NCBI GenBank assembly: GCA_026395595.1
Contig: JAPLYL010000003.1
Location: 12,136 to 76,135, forward strand
DNA: 64,000 nucleotides
Source of the DNA: Candidatus Parcubacteria bacterium
GTDB taxonomy: Bacteria > Patescibacteriota > Minisyncoccia > Phycocordibacterales > CAIJYI01
Reading direction: 5' to 3'
The notes under the pieces are model-generated. The model saw nothing but the letters and a program-made list of their open reading frames with translations. It did not search any database and was not told the DNA's origin. The position numbers and the translations under genes were made by a program. Shown here in pieces: positions 36,310-45,133 of the stretch (positions are counted from its first letter, which is position 1; every line of letters begins with the position of its first letter).

Positions 36310-36720
36310 ATGAAATCTTGGCATTATGGAATAAACAGTCTGTATAAAACCGGGCATATCATACGCGAAGAAGCGCCGTGGTATATTTTTGCCATAGATC
36401 GCGTTTCAATATGGTTTTGTGACCACTTTCCGCCCATTCCTTTTCCTTCTGTTTCGATGAAAGACGACGACGGGGAAGAAACGACTTGGAAAGAATATTA
36501 CGGCGACGCGAGGGCACTTTTTCACATTAAAGTATGTATGCCGATATTTGAATGGGTTGAAAGCAAAAAGAAAACGGTTTCTGTCGACGTTCCTTACGAT
36601 ATTCTCAAAGAAAAATTTTACGAAACGGATAAGAAGTTTTTTGATGAGGAGGCAGAAAATTGCGAAAGCATAAACGAATCAAAAAATGGGGAAGTTACCC
36701 CAATAGAAAGCATCCTCTAA
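36310..36720 (+). CDS. hypothetical protein
   Basis: 136-aa ORF after a TTGGTA-N17-TACAAT promoter-like site. Confidence 0.4.
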   Translation: MKSWHYGINSLYKTGHIIREEAPWYIFAIDRVSIWFCDHFPPIPFPSVSMKDDDGEETTWKEYYGDARALFHIKVCMPIFEWVESKKKTVSVDVPYDILKEKFYETDKKFFDEEAENCESINESKNGEVTPIESIL

Positions 36721-36766
36721 GTCGGATGTTTTTTGTGGTGGAGAGTTTTCGTGATAGGATATCAAT

Positions 36767-37327
36767 ATGGAAAAGGAATATTTAAATGTTTACGCGTTTA
36801 TTGACGCTTCCAACTTATGGCAGGCGCAAAAGGTAAAAGGACGAATGTTTGATTTTGAAAAACTTAAAAGGTTTTTGAAAGAAAAATTCAATGCCAAAAA
36901 TTTGAAAGTCTTTTACTATACCGCTTATCCCGCGGACGGAACGCGCGATTATAGTTTGGATTCAAAGCATAAATTTTTTACTTATTTAAAGAAAGGTTTA
37001 GATTTTGAGGTGGTCAAAAAAGAGCTGAAACGGATCAATGTTTCCAATGAATGCGGTGTCGTAATAGAAGAAAAAGGAAATATGGATGTTGAACTTACTA
37101 TTGACACGGTTCGTCATCTGGAGAAATATGATGCCGCGATATTTTTTACTGGTGATTCTGACTTTTTGGCACTGGTTACCTATTTAAGAAACCTCAAGAA
37201 AGACGTTTATGTTTTTTCTTCTAAAAATAATGTTTCTCAGGAATTAAGAACAGGAAGTAATGGTTATTTTGATGTTCTTGAAATAGGAGAAGACATTTGG
37301 GGCAAAAATCTTGAACATCGCCACTAA
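36767..37327 (+). CDS. NYN-domain (LabA-like, PIN-fold) putative ribonuclease
   Basis: YAFIDASNLW, MDVELTIDTV and FFTGDSDFLALV acidic motifs of the NYN/LabA fold. Confidence 0.7.
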   Translation: MEKEYLNVYAFIDASNLWQAQKVKGRMFDFEKLKRFLKEKFNAKNLKVFYYTAYPADGTRDYSLDSKHKFFTYLKKGLDFEVVKKELKRINVSNECGVVIEEKGNMDVELTIDTVRHLEKYDAAIFFTGDSDFLALVTYLRNLKKDVYVFSSKNNVSQELRTGSNGYFDVLEIGEDIWGKNLEHRH

Positions 37328-37530
37328 CAAAAAGCAACCCTCCTTGCGGAGGGTTGCCCTAGGATGTAGAACCCTTTCAGTCTATGAAAAACCGAAAGAC
37401 TCCTTTAATATAAGCTTATTGGGTGTTGGTGTCAAGTGCGTTTTGTGGATAAACCCCGCCACGGTTTGCGTTCCGCCAAAATTAGCGGTATTGTTTTGGT
37501 AAAGAAAAATTGTTAAATAAATTAAAATTT

Positions 37531-38106
37531 ATGGATGAACATAAAAAAGAAAATAAAATCTCTAAATTTAACCGCCCCAATCGTTCGTATCATATCGAAA
37601 CACATGATCCGCGCTGGTTTGATGAATTCGCAAAACGAAAATCAAAACTAGAAGCAATCCTAGGTGATATTGTGGTAGATATTCAACACACTGGAAGTAC
37701 TTCCGTACAAGGGCTCATCGCCAAACCACAAATTGATATCCTTGTAGTCGTAAAAAGGCTTGATGATATAATTCCTCATTACGATGACATGGAGGTCGCA
37801 GGGTTCACTCCGCGAGGTGATTATACTCATATCGGCGAAGAATATTTCACTGAGGATGATGAGCAAGGGACACGTCTTGCCAGTATACATATCCTCCCTG
37901 TCGGACATCCGGAGATTTCCGCAATTCTGGATTTTAGGGACTATCTTCGCTCTAATGCTAAAGATAGGAATTTATATGCCGCGACGAAACAAATCCTTTT
38001 TAAAAAGTTTCCCGATGATTATAAATCATACGATAGTGGTAAAACCGAGGTAATACTTGCGATTAAAAAACGTGCGAAAAACTGGGCGAATCAACGCGGA
38101 AAATAA
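37531..38106 (+). CDS. GrpB/UPF0157 family nucleotidyltransferase-fold protein
   Basis: DIQHTGSTSVQGLIAKPQIDILVVV and HIHILPVGHPE motifs typical of GrpB (COG2320). Confidence 0.7.
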   Translation: MDEHKKENKISKFNRPNRSYHIETHDPRWFDEFAKRKSKLEAILGDIVVDIQHTGSTSVQGLIAKPQIDILVVVKRLDDIIPHYDDMEVAGFTPRGDYTHIGEEYFTEDDEQGTRLASIHILPVGHPEISAILDFRDYLRSNAKDRNLYAATKQILFKKFPDDYKSYDSGKTEVILAIKKRAKNWANQRGK

Positions 38107-38145
38107 AAATCGCTACCGCCCATATAAGACGGTAGCGATGCTGTG

Positions 38146-38595
38146 TTAATTTCTGTAGACTTTTGTCGTTCGTAGAAACAATTTGTTGGTCGACACATAA
38201 TCATCAAAGTTAGAATATTGCTCCGTCGTAATGCAAAATACCTCACGAGGTGTTTTATTTGTCGGATTTTGTTCTGTTGCAAAAATTCCATAGGTTGAGG
38301 GCTCTAGAAAATACTCGTCGTTTTCCAGACCTCCGATACATCTCATATCCCCCAATCCCATGAATACTGAGAATTTGCGAATATCCACTATTTCACATTG
38401 TTTCTCGTCGCATATTTCTTCATATGCACCACTTACGACTTGAAATGGTTTGGACCATGCGATAAGTAAATCTTCGCTGTCAAAAGTCCCGGAAAGGAAA
38501 ATGTTTTCTGTGGATAATAATGTCGTTAGATCGAGTACCGGAATAAATCCAAAATCGGTCATCTTTACTCGTCCGTCTGTATTGTTTTGTCTCAT
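38146..38595 (-). CDS. hypothetical protein
   Basis: 149-aa ORF on the opposite strand within the inserted segment between rpsJ and rplC. Confidence 0.4.
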   Translation of the reverse strand: MRQNNTDGRVKMTDFGFIPVLDLTTLLSTENIFLSGTFDSEDLLIAWSKPFQVVSGAYEEICDEKQCEIVDIRKFSVFMGLGDMRCIGGLENDEYFLEPSTYGIFATEQNPTNKTPREVFCITTEQYSNFDDYVSTNKLFLRTTKVYRN

Positions 38596-38821
38596 TTTGA
38601 ATACCTCGTTTGAAATCTGAGTTTAGTATATCATTATAATTATGTAGTGTCAAGTTCATGTCGGAAAAGAAAAAAAGCGTTTGACGTCGGAGAATATTTC
38701 TGCTAGGATTAAAGCCAAACCTTAAAGGGCTTTTTTATTTTGCTCATGGTTGTTTTCACAGAGCTAATGGGACCAATGGCGATTGGGTGGTTACACACGC
38801 CCCGCGAAAGTCCCCAGAATT

Positions 38822-39439
38822 ATGAAATTTATACTCGGAGAAAAACTTGCGATGACGCAGATCTTCACAGAAGACGGCGTGGTCCATCCGGTTACCGCTG
38901 TTCAGTCAGGACAGATGACCGTTGTTCAAGTAAAGAACAAGAAAAAGGACGGTTACGACGCTATTCAGTATGGATATGGCGTTCGCAACGAAAAGAATAT
39001 CAATAAAGCGCAGATCGGCCATGCTAAAACGCTTGGCAATTTCCGATATTACCGCGAAGAACGTTTGCCGAACGAGGCGACTGTCAACCCGGGCGATACC
39101 GTTTCTTTGGATACCTTCAAAGTCGGTGATATCGTTGAGGTTTCGGCCATTTCCAAAGGTAAAGGTTTCCAAGGCGTTGTCAAAAGACATATGTTTGAAG
39201 GAGGCCGCCGAACTCACGGACAAAAACACTCAGAACGCGAAGCCGGTTCTATCGGCGGAGGTTCAAACGGCGGAGGAAGAGTCGCGAAAGGAAAAAGAAT
39301 GCCGGGAAGAATGGGTTCTGATCGCGTAACGGTTAAAAATTTGAAAATAGTAGCGATTGACCCGAGCACGAATCAGATATTCGTGTCCGGTGCAACACCT
39401 GGTCGAAGAGGAACTCTTATCGAAATTAAAGGTCTATAA
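38822..39439 (+). CDS. rplC: 50S ribosomal protein L3
   Basis: MKFILGEKLAMTQIFTEDGVVHPVTAV; start chosen at the internal ATG of the ORF-track ORF. Confidence 0.9.
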   Translation: MKFILGEKLAMTQIFTEDGVVHPVTAVQSGQMTVVQVKNKKKDGYDAIQYGYGVRNEKNINKAQIGHAKTLGNFRYYREERLPNEATVNPGDTVSLDTFKVGDIVEVSAISKGKGFQGVVKRHMFEGGRRTHGQKHSEREAGSIGGGSNGGGRVAKGKRMPGRMGSDRVTVKNLKIVAIDPSTNQIFVSGATPGRRGTLIEIKGL

Positions 39440-39443
39440 TTCC

Positions 39444-40106
39444 ATGGAAGCTAAAATATACAATCAAACAGGGAAGAGCGTAGGCACCATCGCTTTGCCG
39501 GAAGAAGTTTTCGGAGCGCAATGGAACGGCGACTTGGTACATCAGGTATTGATGTCTGAAGGCGGAAATGCTCGCGCCACCGTTGCTCATGCTAAAGGAC
39601 GCGGAGAAGTCCGCGGAGGAGGAAGAAAGCCATGGAAACAAAAAGGCACAGGACGCGCCCGACATGGTTCTACTCGCTCACCAATCTGGATTGGAGGAGG
39701 AGTCACCCATGGCCCGCTCACTGAAAAGGATTACACCCGAAAAATCAATCGAAAAATGAAAGCGGCCGCTTTATACGCGATCCTTTCAGAAAAATTGAAA
39801 AGCGGAGAAATCATCTTCTTGGATGAAATAAAAGCGAAGGATATCAAAACGAAAGAAGCGAAAACCATCATCACTTCCATCGCCAATATCCCGGGATGCG
39901 CCGATATTGCCACCAAAAGAAAAAATGCCGCCTTTATCGCGCTCGGAAAGAAAGACAAAGAGGCAGAGCGAATTTTTGGAAACATTAAAAGCGTTGTTAT
40001 TGGAGAATGGCGAAACATTACGCCTTCCGACCTTTTGAAATACAAATATATCGTTGTATCTCATCCGGAAGAAAGCGTGAAATTTGTCGCTTCAAAAATG
40101 AAATAA
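39444..40106 (+). CDS. rplD: 50S ribosomal protein L4
   Basis: MEAKIYNQTGKSVGTIALPEEVFG...; start placed after the rplC stop. Confidence 0.9.
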   Translation: MEAKIYNQTGKSVGTIALPEEVFGAQWNGDLVHQVLMSEGGNARATVAHAKGRGEVRGGGRKPWKQKGTGRARHGSTRSPIWIGGGVTHGPLTEKDYTRKINRKMKAAALYAILSEKLKSGEIIFLDEIKAKDIKTKEAKTIITSIANIPGCADIATKRKNAAFIALGKKDKEAERIFGNIKSVVIGEWRNITPSDLLKYKYIVVSHPEESVKFVASKMK

Positions 40107-40107
40107 C

Positions 40108-40407
40108 ATGACTGAAAACACTTTTAAAAACAAAACCGCCTCGGCCGTCTTGAAACGACCTCGCGTTACCGAAAAAGCGGCTATTCTCGTAGAGAACAAT
40201 GCCTATACGTTTGAGGTTGCCAGCGATGCGACAAAATCGGAAGTAAAAGCGGCCATCAAAGCGATGTACAAAGTCACTCCGATTCAGATCAACATGACGC
40301 AAGGCACCAAAAAGAATATCGTTCGCCGTGGTCGGGCGGGGGTAAAAACAACCAGCAAAAAAGCGGTTGTTCACCTTAAAAAAGGTGATAAAATAGAATT
40401 CATCTAA
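40108..40407 (+). CDS. rplW: 50S ribosomal protein L23
   Basis: 99 aa, VTEKAAILVENNAYTFEV... Confidence 0.9.
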   Translation: MTENTFKNKTASAVLKRPRVTEKAAILVENNAYTFEVASDATKSEVKAAIKAMYKVTPIQINMTQGTKKNIVRRGRAGVKTTSKKAVVHLKKGDKIEFI

Positions 40408-40487
40408 CTCTAGAAAAAAGGAAAAAGCAAAAAGAAAAAAGGGACGACACGCGGTATCTTTTTCTTTCAATTTTTCTTCAAAATTTT

Positions 40488-41330
40488 ATGAAAACACATA
40501 GACCTACAACCCCTTCAATGCGACACACAACGGTGGTTTCTTACCGCAACGTGTTGACCGCGACAAAACCCCACAAGGCTTTGACTTTTGGGCGTAAACG
40601 CGATGTTGGACGGAATGCCGACGGACGCATCACTACGCGTCATCAGGGAGGCGGACACAAACGCTTGTACCGCGAAATTGACTTTAAATATGCCAAAAAA
40701 GATATTCCGGCGAAGATTGAATCTATTGAATATGACCCGAACCGCACCGGTTTTATTTCCCTCGTCTGCTATAAAGACGGAGAAAGACGCTATATCTTAA
40801 CCCCAAAAACCATGAAGGTGGGCGACATGGTTATTATCTCAGAAAATGCAGAGATTAAACCGGGAAATCGTCTTCCGATGAAAAACATTCCTCAGAGTAC
40901 TTTTGTGTACAATGTGGAAGTAAAACCCGATGGAGGAGCTAAATTGGTTCGTTCCGGAGGAAGCTATGCTGAAATTGTGGCGAAGGATGCTCCGTATGTT
41001 CACTTGAAAATGCCGTCAGGAGAAATTCGCAAAATTCACGAAACCTCATGGGCTTCTGTCGGCGTTGTTTCCAACGATGAACACAAGCTTCGCAACGTCG
41101 GAAAAGCCGGCCGTTCCCGATGGCTCGGTATTCGTCCGACGGTCCGCGGTTCAGCGATGAATCCGGTTGACCACCCATACGGAGGAGGAGAAGGATCCCA
41201 AGGAAGAGGCTTGAAACGAGCCAAAACCGCTTGGGGAAAACCGTCAGGAAAAGGCCAGAAAACCAGAACCCCGAAGAAATACTCCAACGTCTTCATCGTC
41301 TCCCGCAGAAAAACTCGAAAGAAGAAATAA
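40488..41330 (+). CDS. rplB: 50S ribosomal protein L2
   Basis: 280 aa; GRNADGRITTRHQGGGHKRLYR and VRGSAMNPVDHPYGGGEG motifs. Confidence 0.95.
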   Translation: MKTHRPTTPSMRHTTVVSYRNVLTATKPHKALTFGRKRDVGRNADGRITTRHQGGGHKRLYREIDFKYAKKDIPAKIESIEYDPNRTGFISLVCYKDGERRYILTPKTMKVGDMVIISENAEIKPGNRLPMKNIPQSTFVYNVEVKPDGGAKLVRSGGSYAEIVAKDAPYVHLKMPSGEIRKIHETSWASVGVVSNDEHKLRNVGKAGRSRWLGIRPTVRGSAMNPVDHPYGGGEGSQGRGLKRAKTAWGKPSGKGQKTRTPKKYSNVFIVSRRKTRKKK

Positions 41331-41400
41331 AAAACTTTCAACAAAAAACCGCCGAAAGGCGGTTTTTGTATTGACAAATTGTACTGTATATGATATATAA
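41219..41400 (+). repeat. rplB-3'-tail/terminator/promoter module, copy 1 (native)
   Basis: Last ~110 nt of rplB, hairpin ccgccgaaaggcgg-ttttt, then TTGACA-N17-TATATA. Confidence 0.7.
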
Positions 41401-41438
41401 AAACAGGATACATTTCTATTTACAATAGGAGAATTTAA

Positions 41439-41744
41439 ATGTGGTACGTTATTGGTGGAATTAGCTTGTTCATACTCGGAATATTATGCATAGTTATGCA
41501 AACAAGCGAGTGGATGAAGACGGGTGATAAAAGTATTTTAAATGGTCTTTTGGCACCCTATGCTATGATATTTTTTGGCTGGATACTTATGGAGGACGTT
41601 CTTGTCTCATCGGTTGATTTTGTTTTTTATCTCCATACTCAATGGTGGTATGTGTCTGCGTTAGTTAGTATGCCACTTGTGATAATAATATCATGTGCTG
41701 TTGCTGTAATTTGCATTAAAAGTCGCGAGGACTCAAAAAAATAA
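41439..41744 (+). CDS. small membrane protein, hypothetical
   Basis: 101 aa, 3 hydrophobic helices. Confidence 0.4.
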   Translation: MWYVIGGISLFILGILCIVMQTSEWMKTGDKSILNGLLAPYAMIFFGWILMEDVLVSSVDFVFYLHTQWWYVSALVSMPLVIIISCAVAVICIKSREDSKK

Positions 41745-41845
41745 AAAGTGATATTTCGCCGGACGCGGGTCTTTGCCCTCGTCCGTTTTTTTGTACGAAA
41801 ATTTTTGTCGCAAAGCGCCTGTTTTTTTGGTATAATAAATGTACC

Positions 41846-42142
41846 ATGATAATGGATTCTGCACGAACAATCGAAAAAATCCCGCAATATGTTGCGCCAT
41901 TTTTGTGGTCGTATGATATTGCAGCACTTGATTTTGAGCGGGATAAAAAGAGGATCGTGGTAAACGTCCTTAACTTCGGGACAAAAGAAGCTACCGATTG
42001 GCTGTTTTCCGTGTATCCAAAGGAGGAAATTCGCAAGATCGTCGCCGAGTCGCTGTATGGAGAATGGAATAAAAAATCCTTATATTATTGGCGGTTTGTG
42101 CTTGGAATTTCCACACAGCTTAAAACCTCGCGTTTTTCATAA
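41846..42142 (+). CDS. putative antitoxin partner of the downstream DUF1814 nucleotidyltransferase
   Basis: 98-aa ORF immediately upstream of, and co-directional with, the NTase; no motif. Confidence 0.35.
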   Translation: MIMDSARTIEKIPQYVAPFLWSYDIAALDFERDKKRIVVNVLNFGTKEATDWLFSVYPKEEIRKIVAESLYGEWNKKSLYYWRFVLGISTQLKTSRFS

Positions 42143-42146
42143 TTCT

Positions 42147-42767
42147 ATGCACTACGAAATTTTAGACGAACAAAGAAGAAATATGTTGCCGCTTTTTCGT
42201 GAATTTAAAAATGACTTCTATATGGCGGGCGGTACGGCACTTGCGCTCCAGCTTGGACACCGTGACAGCATTGATTTTGATTTTTTTTCAGAAACGCCGA
42301 TAAATACGCAGAAATTGTTTGAAAAAATTCGCGAGGTTTTTCAAGGGCATATCATCGCAAAAACGCAAGAAGAGGCCAATACTCTTTCCGTGCTTATTGA
42401 TGAACGAATTAAATTAAGTTTTTTCTCATATTCGTACCCTTTGCTTGCGGAAACTATTGACGAAGAAAATTTTCGTTTGGCGAGTGTTAAAGATATCGCT
42501 TGCATGAAATTGTCGGCGATCACGGGTCGCGCCAGCAACAAAGACTATATTGATCTCTATTATATTCTCCAAACCATTCCGCTTTCGCATCTGCTTATTT
42601 TGGCGGAACAAAAATTTGATGCGTTGGATCAGAATCTTCTCTTAAAAAGTATTATCTATTTTGAAGATATCACGGTTGATCCGATCTTATTCAAAGAAGG
42701 CAAAGAAGTTTCGTTTGAAGTCGTAAAAACATTTTTAGAAAACGAAGTAAAGAAAATAACGAGATAA
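42147..42767 (+). CDS. DUF1814 nucleotidyltransferase (AbiEii/MenT-like toxin family)
   Basis: YMAGGTALALQLGHRDSIDFDFF NTase motif. Start at the internal ATG; the upstream part of ORF 42057 is read-through. Confidence 0.7.
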   Translation: MHYEILDEQRRNMLPLFREFKNDFYMAGGTALALQLGHRDSIDFDFFSETPINTQKLFEKIREVFQGHIIAKTQEEANTLSVLIDERIKLSFFSYSYPLLAETIDEENFRLASVKDIACMKLSAITGRASNKDYIDLYYILQTIPLSHLLILAEQKFDALDQNLLLKSIIYFEDITVDPILFKEGKEVSFEVVKTFLENEVKKITR

Positions 42768-42768
42768 G

Positions 42769-42955
42769 AGCCAAAACCGCTTGGGGAAAACCGTCAGGAA
42801 AAGGCCAGAAGACCAGAACGCCGAAGAAATACTCCAACGTCTTCATCGTTTCCCGCAGAAAAACAAGAAAGAAAAAATAAAATACCAAACAAAAATCCGC
42901 CAAAAAAGGCGGTTTTTTGTATTGTATTGACAAAATGGTATTATCGTGTATTATC
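42769..42955 (+). repeat. rplB-3'-tail/terminator/promoter module, copy 2
   Basis: Near-identical rplB tail (still encodes AKTAWGKPSGKGQKTRTPKKYSNVFIVSRRKTRKKK), terminator hairpin and TTGACA-N16-TATTAT; begins 1 nt after the NTase stop. Confidence 0.75.
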
Positions 42956-43000
42956 AAAATAGGTTTATTTTAGTTGATTGATATTTTAGGAGAGAACAAA

Positions 43001-43186
43001 ATGAAGAAAAAACACTATACATGCGTTAGGTGTGGAGCACAAGATTACGAAACCGAATCCAATTTTTGCGATAAATGCAGAGTGCAAGCATTAGCGCCAA
43101 AATGGGAAAAAGATTATAGCGGCGGTTTTGCATTAACAGGAACACTTGCTCTTTATGCCTCTTTAGCTATAACTTTGTTTTTGTAA
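43001..43186 (+). CDS. small zinc-ribbon protein with C-terminal TM, hypothetical
   Basis: CVRCGAQDY...CDKCRVQ two CxxC pairs; hydrophobic tail. Confidence 0.35.
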   Translation: MKKKHYTCVRCGAQDYETESNFCDKCRVQALAPKWEKDYSGGFALTGTLALYASLAITLFL

Positions 43187-43291
43187 GTTTTTTTATTCCG
43201 GACGGGGTTTCTCACCTCGTTCGGTTTTTTGTATTTTTGAATCGAGTTCGGTTTGTTTTGGAAATTAACTGATATATGTTAAAATAACATC

Positions 43292-43645
43292 ATGAATGAG
43301 AAAACCCCGATAATCCTTTTTGGTTCTCAAGCACGCGGTGTTGCTCGGGTGGATTCTGATGTGGATATTGGCGTGCTTGGAGAACAAAACCTTACTCTTG
43401 ATGAAAAAATGGCGGTGTGTGAAAAAGTTGCGCGCGAGCTTAAGGTTTCGGAAGATAAGATTGATTTGGTAGAACTTCGTCATGCTTCGCCTCTGCTTCA
43501 GTACCATGCGGGAAGGGAAGGAAAATTGCTTTTTGGAGACCATCAAAAGTTTATTCGTTTTCAGGTGCTTTCATGGAAACTTTATTTGAGCACGGCGAAA
43601 TTTAGAAGAATGCGCGAATTATCACTGGCAAAAAAATATGCTTAA
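43292..43645 (+). CDS. minimal nucleotidyltransferase (MntA-type antitoxin)
   Basis: GSQARGVARVDSDVDIGVL NTase signature; overlaps the downstream HEPN gene by 8 nt. Confidence 0.8.
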   Translation: MNEKTPIILFGSQARGVARVDSDVDIGVLGEQNLTLDEKMAVCEKVARELKVSEDKIDLVELRHASPLLQYHAGREGKLLFGDHQKFIRFQVLSWKLYLSTAKFRRMRELSLAKKYA

Positions 43646-44054
43646 CGAAATTTTAATCAAAAAGATAGAACAGATAGATATTCTTCTCCGCGAGCTTGAA
43701 GGATTTACTGCGCATACTTTTGAAGAATTTGAAAAAGATATCTCCGATATGAGAGCATCGGAACGGAATTTTCAGCTTATCGTCGATCTTGCTTCCGACG
43801 TGAATACCGAGCTTCTTTTGGAAAGCGGACATCGTGCACCGGATACGTACAAGCAGTCGTTTCTTTTTCTTGCCGATATTGGAATCGTTGAGAAAAAACT
43901 TGCGGAAGAACTTTCACAAAGTGCTCTGATTCGAAATATATTGGTTCATGAATATGACATAGACGAAGACAATGCGACATTTTATCGCGAAGCAAAAAGA
44001 TTTTTGCCGATTTTTCGGGAATACCTGAAAGCGGTTATCGGGTACAAGAAGTAA
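43638..44054 (+). CDS. HEPN/DUF86 protein (HepT-type toxin)
   Basis: Rx4-6H HEPN motif RNILVHEYD near the C-terminus. Confidence 0.8.
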   Translation: MLNEILIKKIEQIDILLRELEGFTAHTFEEFEKDISDMRASERNFQLIVDLASDVNTELLLESGHRAPDTYKQSFLFLADIGIVEKKLAEELSQSALIRNILVHEYDIDEDNATFYREAKRFLPIFREYLKAVIGYKK

Positions 44055-44057
44055 ATA

Positions 44058-44278
44058 AACGAGACAAAATTGCAAAGGGAAAACCATCAGGAAAAGTTTA
44101 TCTCTCTTCTCTCTCTGAGAGACGCGGGACAAGGAAAGACCAGAACTCCGAAGAAATACTCAAACGTCTTCCTTGTCTCCCGCAGAAAAACAAGAAAGAA
44201 AAAATAAAATACCAAACAAAAATCCGCCAAAAAAGGCGGTTTTTTGTATTGACAGAAAGTAAGGAAGTAATATAATAA
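44058..44278 (+). repeat. rplB-3'-tail/terminator/promoter module, copy 3 (with ~40-nt internal indel)
   Basis: Starts 4 nt after the HEPN stop; tail plus hairpin ccgccaaaaaaggcgg-tttttt and TTGACA-N16-TATAAT ending 7 nt before the ATG of 44284 (leaderless-like). Confidence 0.7.
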
Positions 44279-44283
44279 GAAAT

Positions 44284-44538
44284 ATGGAAACAACCACAAC
44301 TCGCATTCAAAAAATTACGAGCAAGGGGCAAATCACGTTGCCCGCCTCTTGGCGCGCACGGACAAAAACGGATACCATCACCGTAAAGATAATCGGCGAC
44401 ACAGTGGAAATTTCACCTGCTCGTTTGCAAGATAAAGATGAATACACCGTTTTTGATGCCATTCGCGATAACAAAGGAAAAGGAATAAAGGCCTCTGATT
44501 TGATAAAAATACTCCGCAAAATCGATGAAGGAAATTGA
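44284..44538 (+). CDS. AbrB/MazE/SpoVT-fold antitoxin
   Basis: ITSKGQITLPASWRARTKTDTITVKIIGDTVEI swapped-hairpin motif. Confidence 0.7.
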   Translation: METTTTRIQKITSKGQITLPASWRARTKTDTITVKIIGDTVEISPARLQDKDEYTVFDAIRDNKGKGIKASDLIKILRKIDEGN

Positions 44539-44767
44539 AAAACTCCTTCGGAAAATATCAGCAAAAGAACGAGCAGGATTGCTTGCTTTTTTGGAACAAT
44601 TATCCGTCAAAAATGAACACGGAAATCTTGATGTAAAAAAACTGAAAGGAAGTGATCTTTTTCGTGCGCGAAAAGGAAATTTCCGTATAATTTTTCATTA
44701 CGAAGAAAAAGAAATCACTATCGATTCTATTCGGTTGCGAAATGATAATACTTATCACGATGTGTAA
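44525..44767 (+). CDS. RelE/ParE-family toxin
   Basis: 80 aa, FRARKGNFRIIFHYEEKEITIDSIRLRNDNTY; overlaps the antitoxin gene by 14 nt. Confidence 0.65.
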   Translation: MKEIEKLLRKISAKERAGLLAFLEQLSVKNEHGNLDVKKLKGSDLFRARKGNFRIIFHYEEKEITIDSIRLRNDNTYHDV

Positions 44768-44782
44768 AATGAAACAAAAAAA

Positions 44783-44820
44783 GTAAAAAATCCCCCGACT
44801 TGTCGGGGGATTTTTGTTTG
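44783..44820. terminator. bidirectional rho-independent terminator
   Basis: atcccccgacttgtcgggggat flanked by an A-run and a T-run. Confidence 0.65.
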
Positions 44821-44823
44821 TCG

Positions 44824-45003
44824 TTATTTCGGCAAAACATATTTTCCGGTAAATGGTCCGTAGAAAAAAGATTTTGCAAACACTACGGCAAATTGATTCC
44901 GTGTTAAATGGATAAGTTTGCTTGAGTTTTGTCTCAATTCGTCTCGAATAATGGATATTCCGATACCGCACCAGAAAAGTAGTGCAACTAATATATATAT
45001 CAT
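44824..45003 (-). CDS. small single-TM protein, hypothetical (start at internal ATG with AAGGAG SD)
   Basis: MIYILVALLFWCGIGISII hydrophobic helix. Confidence 0.3.
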   Translation of the reverse strand: MIYILVALLFWCGIGISIIRDELRQNSSKLIHLTRNQFAVVFAKSFFYGPFTGKYVLPK

Positions 45004-45133
45004 AAAGAACTCCTTTTGTTTGTCTCTTTGTTCCTTTGAGAATTTATCATAATTCTCAATTAAAAGCAAAAAAATGGCATGTTTACGAATAATCTCTTTT
45101 TTTGATTGATATATTAGGTTATACTATAACCAT

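Noticed and set aside
39357-39443. Upstream extension of the rplD ORF
   Set aside because: Overlaps the rplC 3' end. The conserved L4 N-terminus begins at the ATG at 39444.
42057-42146. N-terminal 30 codons of ORF 42057-42767
   Set aside because: Overlaps the upstream gene in another frame. The NTase homology starts at the internal ATG 42147, which lies just after the upstream stop.
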